From: Catajapyx aquilonaris
Lineage: Eukaryota
NCBI GenBank assembly: GCA_000934665.2
Contig: KZ537999.1
Location: 124,001-188,000 of the forward strand
Reading direction: 5' to 3'
DNA: 64,000 bases
Below the pieces are notes generated by a model. It made no database searches and had not been told where the DNA came from. It saw only the letters and a list, made by a program, of their open reading frames with translations. Shown here in pieces: positions 1 to 10,600 of this stretch; position 1 is the stretch's first letter, and the number at the start of each line of letters is the position of its first letter. The translations under genes and the position numbers were made by a program.

Positions 1-183
1 TTCCAACCCTGCCAAATCACTTCGCGGCTCAATTTCAAAAACATAAAAGTTATAGTAGATAGACTTGCACTGTAAAAAATTGGCATGTCTATATTTCACT
101 AATTTATGTACTAATTAGCAGCTACAAAACAGTGAAGCTTCTCACACCGTTTGCACGTCATAGCAGCTTCAACTGAAGCGTCT

Positions 184-215
184 GTCAAGGTCAACCGATA
201 ACAGATGACCTTGAC
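184..215. promoter_or_regulatory. Inverted pair of extended nuclear-receptor half-sites (TCAAGGTCA, FTZ-F1/SF-1/ERR-type)
   Basis: GTCAAGGTCA (184-193) and its exact reverse complement TGACCTTGAC (206-215) with a 12-bp spacer. Function is inferred. Confidence 0.4.
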
Positions 216-330
216 TGGAGATAGCCCTGAACCGAGCATAAGGTAGGCTTGGAAATAACTTACGCACCAGCCCTAAATGGATATCCTGTACACAGCACGT
301 GGTCTTGCAATTGCGCGATGCTGAATCCCT

Positions 331-332
<2 letters not shown>

Positions 333-416
<84 letters not shown>
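333..416. repeat. (TC)42 microsatellite
   Basis: Uninterrupted TC dinucleotide run of 84 bp; it explains the poly-SL and poly-ER ORFs at 249-605. Confidence 0.98.
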
Positions 417-420
<4 letters not shown>

Positions 421-2590
421 TTCTTGCTGCTTCCTAGCACTGGCCTACACTGAGCTCTCGGAGCAAAGAGGATGGGGGAGGATAGGGCTGGAGTCCATCG
501 ATCCGACCCAACAGATGCGGAACAAAACCAACTCGGCAAAAATACTGGGCAGCTAATTGCCGCACACCGACCCCTCAACTCACAGTAAAAAAATGTTGTC
601 AACATCCGCTAAAAAATAAACGAGCTTGCAGCACAGGGGGTGCAATAGATTTTTCTTAAAAAAATATATAGGCCTGTATAAAAAAGGGCTGATCGGGAGA
701 CATGTTTTGGGCGCAACAAATCTCTTAAGGGTGGAGCCCTGGAGGCAAGGGAGTGAAAGAGAAAGAGAAGAAACAACACTTTCCCATTCCAACTTCTCTA
801 TTTCCAGTTTCCCTTTGATGGAACGAGCCTTTCGATTTCTCTCTTCTTCTCAAGCCTTTCCGTTACTCTATTTTTTCTCCCTCTCCCTCTGCTGCTCTCT
901 TTGTCTGACTTGAAACCCCCTTCGGTACACCTCTTCGATTGCCAATAGCTTTACACTACTTTATACTAATCTCAAAGAAGAGGGCACTCGCTTTAAAAAA
1001 TACATGGTTACTATACTCTCCTTCCTGGCTCTCAAATATTCTCTCACATAAAAGCGAGATCAAACTTGAAAATAGTAATCCTAAGCACACAATATATTTT
1101 CACAAATAAATGAATGTCGATTTGAATCGAAATAATGCACATGTGTCACTGTATATTACAGGTGATATGTCATATTTTTAATGAGTAATGCCCAATAAGA
1201 ACGCTCGCATTTTAGATAAATGTGGACATAAAATAAATAACGTCCAGACTGTTACGGCCGATTGAAAACGCGTCATAAAATATGTTTCCCCCCCTCCCCC
1301 AGTTTATGATAATAATTACGCAACATTATTTGTAAAGTACAGGCTACACCATTCGGTTTAAAACTAATTGAGCGCGACTTCGAAATAACATTTGCCCATA
1401 TTTAAATACGCAAACACCCTCATTAATTAGTAACAGTTCAAATTTTGTTAGTATGATAAATTCAGGAAATTTAACGTTTTAATTGGCATTTTTACTATTC
1501 TATACATAGCGAAAATTAATAAATTAGTCCATTATTAACAGATCAGCGCCATCAATTATGCGGTTCCTATGAAAAATTGGCCCGGTAATGACCCTAATGG
1601 GCTAATGTAAACCGTCATTTAGTGGGGGTTCTAAATTAAACGCGTATTGAAATCGTATTGCGCCGGGGCCAGTGATCACATGCAAATGGCATGCAACATT
1701 TCCGGAGAGTTTTTACGCCCCCCTCCCAATCAAAAAAAAGTTTACCCTCGAAAACTATAGTATCCGTGCATATGCGTCATGCTGTCGGATGAAAACTGGG
1801 CTAATCCTTTCCTGCCTTTTGCAAAAAAAAAAAAAAATGCCAAAAAACTGATCGATGACATCAAGCACAGGTTAGTTTCAGAGCTAACCGAATCGGGGTG
1901 AAGGACACTATCAATATTCTAAGCGGAAAAGTTGCGGAAAATTGCCAGGCTTAGATGGAAATCGCATCTTCAGTTGCGCAAACCACTGATCAGTATTTTA
2001 AACTTATACCTCAGGTTAAGCGGAACGATTGTCTACCCCAAAAATTTCAGTTGAAGGCCGGTCGAGCCAAAACTCTTCTTGCAAATGTTCTGAAAAGTAC
2101 TATCCGATAGTGACGCCTATGAAATGGCCATTTTTGGGCTTCAACCCCCTTGCAGAGCAAAGCTGTCCGGGTTGTATAACCTCCGGAATAAAAAGCGGGT
2201 GGGGTTTAAGATTAGCCCCCCCCCCCCCCTCTCAGCTATGATGCTCCCTGGAACATTTTCGGTTGCCAAGGAAAACTTCAAGCATGGAACTCACGCTCTC
2301 CCCGGAAAGCCCTATCCCTAAATTATCAGGTGAAAGCGCAGGGAGAGGAGGGAAAGTGCGCCAGGAATCCTTTCTCCCCTCCAACCCCCTCTGAAAACCA
2401 CCTAAATCCTGGCCAATCCCTCTTCCCCTGTCACCCGCATCTACTTTGCACAACCAGCGCACTTTGGCCCCATATTACCACTAGCGCCAGAGAGCTTTTC
2501 AAACATGCATAATTTGGATGCAAACTCTCTGCCTTTTCTGGACTCGACCCAGCATACGTTCCAGGATGAGGATTGTTCATTCCAGCAACC

Positions 2591-2704
2591 GGACATTAAT
2601 GGTGTTGTACTGGTGGCGCCACGAGAAGATGGTGGCAACTTCATCGATTCACTTTTTTGCCGCTACCAGCTCATGGCACCGCCAGTACGACACCATTAAT
2701 GTCC
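2591..2704. repeat. Long inverted repeat / fold-back (48-bp arms, 18-nt loop)
   Basis: 2591-2638 versus the reverse complement of 2657-2704 gives 39/48 identity without gaps; the outer 15 bp (GGACATTAATGGTGT) are perfect. Confidence 0.9.
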
Positions 2705-3645
2705 AGCACTATACCCTGAATAGATGTCATAAGAAAGTCGCCGTTGGTTGGATCGAATCGTTAGCAGCGGAAATAACAGTGGAGCAAAAAAAGAAAAAGA
2801 AAAGAGGAGGAAAATGTCGTTTCGTAATGGGTTATCCGAAGCTGCGATTGCCCTCCGTTTGTTCTGCTCAGCGATTGGCTTCTGTTGGATCAGGGCCTGG
2901 CGGATCCGGAGAATTGTTCCTTTTTTTCAATTTTTTGTGTGTGCACAGGATTCGTCTATTACACCCCTTTATTTTTTTTATCCGGGGCATCCCCGCATTT
3001 TTATTCCCAATTCGGTTTGATTGCGGGGTATTATGTTACGGTCCACGGAAATCGCCTAGACGTGGCTCGCGTTTTGGGGCTACCTTACCCTCTCGAAAAA
3101 TGTACGGGCGTCAACACAAAACCGGATCTAAATACTGGCTTATAAAGGCTGGGCCTTGAAACATAATGTTTCAAGGTTTTAAAATTCCCCTCCCGTTGCT
3201 TCAAGTACATCAGCACCGTAACGCTCATTCCTAATGAACTATTAGGCCTAATAGCATTCTCTTTTTCGGTCCCGAGCTAGGGGGACTAGAGCCAGATAGA
3301 ATATGCAAATAAGTGTGCTGTGTATGCCCGAGTGTGCGCTGCGAGCACCGACGTTGAGATTTTCAACTTTGAAAGCCCCTACCTCCCTCCCACTGCACTT
3401 TTATGAGTGTCTGGCAAGAAAAGCGGGGCGTAAAATATGAAAATAGTGGGCTCTCAACGACTCCGAATGGGTTATGAGAAATACAAGACTCGAATTTCAT
3501 CGCCTTAAAAGGCGGTAAGTTACACGCCTCCACCTTCCGACCACAGACCACAATTTGGCAAATGAAGCCTAACATTTACCCAAAAGCATCAGGTGCTATT
3601 TCTATACAAGTCAGGCGAAAACATACGCGAGTAGATCAGACCACG

Positions 3646-4039
3646 CGGTCAATGAACCAAGTTTACTTCAGCAAATTTAAAAAAACTACACGCGAGGTCA
3701 ATGAACCCATAAGGAAGCCTTGAGGTCAATGAACTTATGTGACCTCAGAACTTAAGGTCAACAGTGTCACGAAGATTGAAGTGTCAATAAACCTAGGTCA
3801 ACTCACTGAATCCAATGATCTGAGGTTAGTAACCCTCAGTTCACTGACCTTGAAATCAACAGTGTCATTGACCTAAAGTCAATGACCTTAAAGGTCAATA
3901 AACTTGTTCGGTAGTCAAAATGCAGGTCAAATCCAGGTCAATAGGTAGTGCCATTAACCTTAAATTGATGACTTTGAATGTCATTGAACCTGTGCACTAG
4001 GAAAATGTCAATAGGTCACCAAATCGAGGTTAATGAACT
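3646..4039. promoter_or_regulatory. Array of at least 11 IR1 nuclear-receptor response element-like palindromes (RGKTCA-N-TGAMCY)
   Basis: Elements start at 3646 CGGTCAaTGAACC, 3695 AGGTCAaTGAACC, 3723 AGGTCAaTGAACT, 3781 GTGTCAaTAAACC, 3823 AGGTTAgTAACCC, 3838 AGTTCAcTGACCT, 3862 GTGTCAtTGACCT, 3876 AAGTCAaTGACCT, 3892 AGGTCAaTAAACT, 3978 ATGTCAtTGAACC and 4027 AGGTTAaTGAACT, plus extra AGGTCA half-sites. The array is directly visible; regulatory function is inferred. Confidence 0.65.
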
Positions 4040-4053
4040 TGGGGGGCGGAGTA

Positions 4054-4641
4054 CAGGGTGTGCCAACTAAACGCTTATGAAGAGCCATAGGAGGACAATA
4101 GGTGTCAACCGTAATGAACACCATATTTCACGCTCCCAAAATTTCGGCCCGTTGCAAAATTTAATATTCGCCCCCGCCAAATTTGATTACTTTGCGTGAA
4201 TGCATATCAGATATGTAAACGCGAGTAATCCGTTTCCACGGGGGCGTATCCAGAGTGCGTGGGGGGGCCAGGGTCGTAAAGTTAAGTCACCGGTGGGGGG
4301 TGTGCGTTTCACCGGGGGCGGGGGGCGAGCCGTTAATTTTAAATCCTCGAGGGAGACCAGTCACATAAATTTATATAAAACCAGCTCCGGGTTTATAATA
4401 ACAGTTTTGAAAACCCGGCGCCAATCTGTCTTGCTTTGACTCAAAGCAAGGTGTTTGGACAAGGGTTGATTCAAAAGGGCGATTTTTGGGGGGTGTGTTA
4501 AATGGCCCATTTTTTTCTCACCGTGTGAAAATTCCAAGCTGTTCCACGATGACTGCTACTGGGGAGATGATGATGATGATGATGGCCACGATGCAGCTTC
4601 TCCCAGGATCATTAGCAGTTTGAGGAGGCTGGCACACCCTG
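4054..4641. mobile_element. Non-autonomous Tc1/mariner-type element (MITE), ~588 bp, TA target-site duplication
   Basis: TA|CAGGGTGTGCCA at 4052-4065 and TGGCACACCCTG|TA at 4630-4643 form a perfect 12-bp TIR. The flanks reconstitute the palindromic target AGTACT. No transposase ORF inside. Confidence 0.7.
4566..4583. repeat. (GAT)6 microsatellite
   Basis: Direct reading of the sequence. Confidence 0.9.
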
Positions 4642-7600
4642 TACTTTTGGAGAAAGGAAAAAGTGTGTCTAACAAAAGCGATTCGTCGTCCGCATCCGGA
4701 AAATATTCAAGGAACCGGGAGCGTCGTGGTCGTCGTCGGGGGGCGTCGGCGTCGTCGGGGTTTGGGGAGCCATTCCCAGTGTTTGTGGAGCCAACTTGGT
4801 TCTGGAGCGATAACTCCCTTATGGCACAGGGACCGCAAACAAACAGCATGGTTACAGGCGTAAAAGCCTCGGGCTACGAGAGATTAGACTTCTTGCAACC
4901 TGGAGCTCACGGAAGGTCACGAAGTAAACGAATGGGGTCGCAAACACAAACAGCCCAAGGTACGCCCCCCCCCTCCAACTTACTTCTTACCTTTATTTTT
5001 CCAGTCGCAGGGAGGGAGGTTGGATGGAAGTCTTCCGCCCCCTCTTCCTCAAACCCAACCAACCGACGAGGGTGGAAAAAGTTTGAAAACCCTGGGGCGA
5101 ATTATTTTTAAATCCGACGCTGGATTAGGTTTCTTTAAGGCAGAGTCTGTCAGGTACGGTCGGACTATAGGTCTACTCATCCGACGAAAGAAGACAGTTT
5201 TCTGGAAAGAATATAAAAATTACGAAGAAAACTCGAGCTTGTGTGAAAATCTGAAACAAAACACAGAAATACACTGTCCAGCTTAAGAAGATTGCCAACA
5301 TAATGGGGTGTCCAACTTCACAGGTTTCACCGAACCGTTTGAAGCGGGGTGATACATCATTAATTGTCCGAAACATGCCATGCATCAAATGAGCCGTTGA
5401 TGAGTCTTTAGATTTACTGTCTACGTACGTGCCTGAATATTAATAATCCAACTCAATATTTCACCACCCGGCACCATATTGTTCCAAAATTGCCCTCAAA
5501 AATATACGGCTGTTTATATACGGGCGCCGCCTCGAAATGAACTTCCAGGAGTCCTCCACAAATTTACGCACCCTGAAAAAAAAGCACATAAGCGCATAGG
5601 TATCTCCCCCACCTCCCCCATCTTCCAAAAGTTCTGTAAAATTCACATCACGGACCAAGAATTTATTACAGAGCTCTGGGCAGACTCCCTGACTTCCGAG
5701 TGTCTTTGGAAAACCGGGAGAAAAAAAGAAGCCTCCCCCATTCTTCCTTTTAACAATAAGGGGGAAAATGACGTCCCCCTCAACCCCTCGTTACAAATTC
5801 CGACCCGAATCTTTATAAATGACACTGATGATTGTACGTGACGTTCCCTTGCTGCCAGGTCTCCCTCGACTTCAACAAGTCCAACCCTTACTTCAAATTA
5901 AAACCAGGGGAAGGGGGGGGGGTGTGTTACGCAGCGGTGCGTTTAAAACCCGTCTTTTCCAACCTTGGTACGAGCCCAATTTCGGAACAGCCGTAATAAA
6001 TACACCCATTTGCCCAAATGAAATCCTGTTGTGTTTCGAAGCCCTGGCTCAAAACTCACTTGCTAACTGCCATTCCCCCTTCCCCCCTCCTTCTCCTCCC
6101 CTACACCAAAAAGTCGTCTATGCCTTTTGCCTGGAAGCTTTAAGGCGTCTTAATTACATCTAACTTTGCTAATTTCTTCGTGCCCGGCAGGCGTCTCGGA
6201 GTCATTAGGCCACAGGATGGCACAAGGCCTAGCCCCAAAAATTTTCACCCTTCCCTCTTTAAAAAAACCGCCCCTTAAAAAACTTGCAGCATTCAGGAAT
6301 AACTCGTCCCCTTAAGAAAAAAAAGTCACCAAGTTTTGCGGAAAGAAAGAAAAACTTGGCAGTATTTCTTTCATTATCGGCCAATTATTTCCGCACGGTC
6401 GGTACATTCCTCTCGAGGAAACGATAACAAGGACCTGTCTCGAGTGCAAAAAAAAATATAAGAGAGTTCTGCAATTAAGTGCAATAAAAGTGCACCTTTA
6501 TTTTCCTCCACTTGACGGTGAGAAACACTCATTAAGGGTGCGCTTCTTCCCCATCCCTGAGATGGAGTTGCAGAGGCGATAATTAGCGCACCAAAAAAGC
6601 TGCAAGCGAGACCGAAAATTACCGGCGCTTAATTATAAAACATGATCCATTCCTGCGAAATTCAGCCCCTCACCTCATCCCCTGTCTGGGATGCTCGACC
6701 CAAAGCACCCAATAAAATGAAGAGTTTCATCAAGACAGTGCAACATGCACTTGTGCCAGGAAAATACATTTCATATCATACGAGGGGCATACATTTTCTT
6801 GAACAAGGAGTAGGCCATTATCAAAACCAGGCTACGTTCCTCCGGTAGAACACTTCAAAAAAACAGGATTTCAGATTTAGTGAGCCTCTTCACGACCCAG
6901 GTGACTTTTCCCAATGGGAGTTGGACAAGAGGGAATTGGAGATACGAATTTAACATTGGGTTGATCCTTACACCCAGGAATTAACATACTTGGTAGCCTG
7001 TTTTTGATAATGACCAACTCAAGTTATTTCAGTTAATAAAATAATCATTGCCAGGTATGTCTTTCAGCCCTTTTCTGTCCCTTAGCTCCAGGCCTGTCCT
7101 TGAGTCTTTCCTAGACAAACGACCGTCTCTGTTCTTAGCCCACCATCCGAGCAGATAGAAACAAAAGGAGGGGGCCTAAAATCCTCCCCCACTCCAAAGT
7201 CCTCCTTTTGGCTTGGATGGCGGACGACGAAGAGGAAGCTACCCCCTCCATTTTTCGATCCCCTTTTTCGGCGGGAAAGCAACCTTATGGGCGCATAAAG
7301 CAGACTTATCCAGACCGGCCATTCTTCACGCCAGATAAGAGCTCTCGGTGCTGAATAACCTGCTAGCTGGAAGTGTGAGCCTGCACAATAGACTTGTGTT
7401 ATTTAGTGCTAATCTGCAAGGAAAAGGGATGGTTTTTTCTTTTCCTCTGATTGTTGGTGGTGGTGGCGGCAGAGAAAGACCATGGGGCTCAATACAGTCT
7501 CCTCCCTTTTCAGCAAAATATTAATAGCACTGTAAATGCTCAATGGCGTCCTCTAGGCATCGGAGCGAGTTTCCTTATACATGTTTAATCTTACTTGATT

Positions 7601-10600
7601 CATTGTTTGCCTTAAACCTCGAGCCCCGGCATTATCAACGAGTTCCGGGTTATTTGATCTCGCTGTTTGTAATACTACAGGAATCAAATTTTAATGCGAT
7701 TCGAGACGGAGGCCTCCGTCCCCCGAACTTAATTTCACTCCGCAGTTCATATTACAGTTTAAGTAGAAGGTTTCGCTGCTGAGGAGGGAAAGGTTATTAT
7801 TATTATGAATGTGGAATTCGAGACAACACAATCATGTCCGTTTTTGCAGTAATTATCCAAGTTTGCCGATATTGCTAAACTTTTCGAAAGGAGCGAGAAA
7901 AATTGCGAAAACTTTTGCAAAACCTGGGAGGATGGAGGTTGGTAGGAGGGATTTACTGCGCTCGTTACGCCTTTGACGGGGCATCTGCAAACGTTTTTAA
8001 TGGGCGGTGAGGAAAAGCGTAAGCATGGAACCGAGCAGGACTCGACAACAACACTCTCCACAAGAGATTTACGACCTGAAGGCGCATGTTGGGAGCATAA
8101 TCGGGTAGGAAAAAATATATCCGAGCTCTTGGCAGTATACCCTTACTTGCAATGTAACGTAACTTTTCAGCTCGAAATGAACTGCGACTTTTAGCAAGTA
8201 ATGATGCAAGTGGTCAGGACTTTGCCGTGTGGCAGCAGCAAACTCCTGAGTTTGTTGTTTGTTCCTTTGATCAGCCGGATCCGGCCATTACAAAATTTAC
8301 GTTTCCTCTCTCCCTGATCAACCTTCCTCTCCTTTCTCCTGATTGGGTCGTTCCTGTGCGAACCAAATGCGCCTCCCCAGAAAATTGGCATCCCGGATTT
8401 CCTCCCCCCTCAGCCCAAAGTGAAGGCAAGAGCCATATTTGCCTGGGAGATTGGCCTGGTCGCGACGTCAATCAGCCCTACTCACTCCTTTCCAAAAAAT
8501 ATACAACCTCGTACACCTTACATAAAAATATGAACCGGGTTTTGTGGGGGGTGGAGAAAAGGAGTGAGGAGTGAATCCTGTCAGCAAGAAGCGAGGCTTC
8601 TGGGGAAATTCCCTCGTGACTCATAAAACCAGGCCTGAGCAGCATCTTGCACTTTTTCATTCCTGGTTCTGATCCAAAGAAGACGCAGCTCAAAAAGTTA
8701 GCCCCCCCCCTTCCCTTTCCCTCCCCTCTCTTTCCTAGCTCTTGGATAACAGGAGCTGATGTGGCGTATATGGCGAGAGGGTTCCAGACATGCTGACTTT
8801 GCAGGCATAATTTCATTAGCCTCCAAACCTTCTCCCCCTCTGTTCCTTCTAACGACTTGCGTGTCGACTGGCGAAAGATCCTTAGGTGCTAGCAGAAACG
8901 TGTAAAATTCCAGGTCGGGTCTCCTCAAACCGCCGGTACAGGGTGATTCTCGAGTGTACAGGAGACATAAAAATACCCCTTGATGACCTCTCAAAACTTT
9001 CCACTCAGAGGTATACTCCCAGTGTCGTCCCAACATTGGAAAAGTCACTTCGAGAAGCAGACTTGTAACTAATCCGGTTAATTAATGGGCATTTGCAAGT
9101 AATCCTACAGAATAAATCCGGTTTGATCCAGCTACAATTGCAAACAAATTCGTCACTTAAAGTTTACACCTGAAGCTGCGCATTTGCAGGATAAATCCTG
9201 ACACCTGCGAATGTACTTGCAGGCAAGTCCACGGAATCAAATGAACACTCTCTGATAATCCCAGGCGACGAGGGAATTCAACAGATAGTCCCGAGAATTT
9301 GGTGAACAATTATTTTGAGAAATTTTGAGCATTCGAGCAAAGCTTTTTTGTTGTAGTGGTGGGTTTAGAATGTTTCGCTAAAAGTCGAAATAAATCCAGG
9401 GAACTATTTCAGATAATCTTCATGTTATTATCCCTAGAACATCCTAGTAATTCCAGGAGAATCTACATTCACAGGGGGGCAAGGAAAGGAAAAGCAAGAA
9501 GTGCAGGTGAGTGAAAGGAAGGCCCGAGAGAAGTGTGCGGAATTTGGCGGTAAATCACTTTGAACTTTACCGGATGGGGAAAGGTGACGCCTCGACGTTC
9601 GTTAAGGTGGAAGGAAGCAGCAGTAATTAACTCCATTCCTGTTTACAGGGAATTCTTGGGTGAAGGCAAGAGAGAGAAGGGGAGATCCCTTTCCTCTCTC
9701 AGTTCCGATAAGGTTGATGCTGCCGACGCCTCGACTCCGGGCTTTCACGTCCGGGTAAACATCCACACGGGTGAGGTATAAGGATCAGCCTTCAGACAGA
9801 CAGACAGCAACTTTGCTACAGGCCTGTTTTCTTAACTGGTGTCAGATTCTCAGCTTCAAACCTCCCTCGGGGAAACAACTGCTCTAATTGCACATAAGCT
9901 TCATCCTGGCCTGCATGCAACCAAAGCGCCACTCTTCAACAACCGTAAGCCTATCAGGCAGGGGCAAAACTGCCCGTCCTCATTTCACTTGAAAGTGGGC
10001 CGTAATCCGGGAGCATAATGATGAAAAACCGGTTATAAATCGCGCCTGTTATTATGCTGGAGTAGACTACAATTCTCGCGAAACTGCAACGATCTTCCTG
10101 CTTTTACTGCGGACGTTGAAATAGTTCCAAGTGTTGTCCGGGAACGCGTTATATAGCAGGAGGTGCTATTAAATCGCCTTGTGTTTTGAGACTAGGGGCG
10201 GCCCTTGAAATATCCCAAGGTCCTGGGTGTGAATAAGGTTTTTGGGTCCAGTGCTGGGGTCAATTAGGGGGCTCTATTAGGGGGGAGAGGGGGTTTTCCA
10301 TGGGTTATTGCGAGCCGTGGCTGGACGAGCAGTTTAACCCCCTTTCCCCCCGGTTGCATTAGGCTAACTAACCCTCCGGAAGAGTCACAAGACCGCAGAT
10401 TATCCCGGACCAGCGCTGCACAATCACCACTTGAATGCAGGCGCGGCTTCAGGCCTCTGCCCCTCTGTAATAACCGCTTTCACGACCTCACCCGGCAGGA
10501 CTTATATCGGGTATCGCTTTCGCCCAGAGCTGGACATAACTGCTGGTCAGCTCTACAACACTGGATAGTACCATATCCTTGACATACAGTAGATGGCGCG

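Noticed and set aside
249..605. ORFs with poly-SL / poly-ER tracts
   Set aside because: Translation artefacts of the (TC)42 microsatellite.
2440..2590. Minus-strand 'LGRVQKR' reminiscent of the LINE reverse-transcriptase C-terminal LERVQ motif
   Set aside because: Only a few residues match, with flanking stops and no other RT motifs.
2518..3159. Longest ORF (213 aa)
   Set aside because: It runs through the fold-back and A/T homopolymers, has no recognisable domain, and this length is attainable by chance.
3646..4039. CRISPR array interpretation of the repeated 13-mers
   Set aside because: The repeats are too short and degenerate, spacers are irregular (about 1-70 bp), there are no cas genes, and the context is eukaryotic.
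9475..9512. Possible 32-nt micro-exon (GGKERKSKKC) before a consensus donor CAG|GTGAGT
   Set aside because: The acceptor lacks a polypyrimidine tract, and consensus donors occur by chance at this scale; unsupported without RNA-seq.
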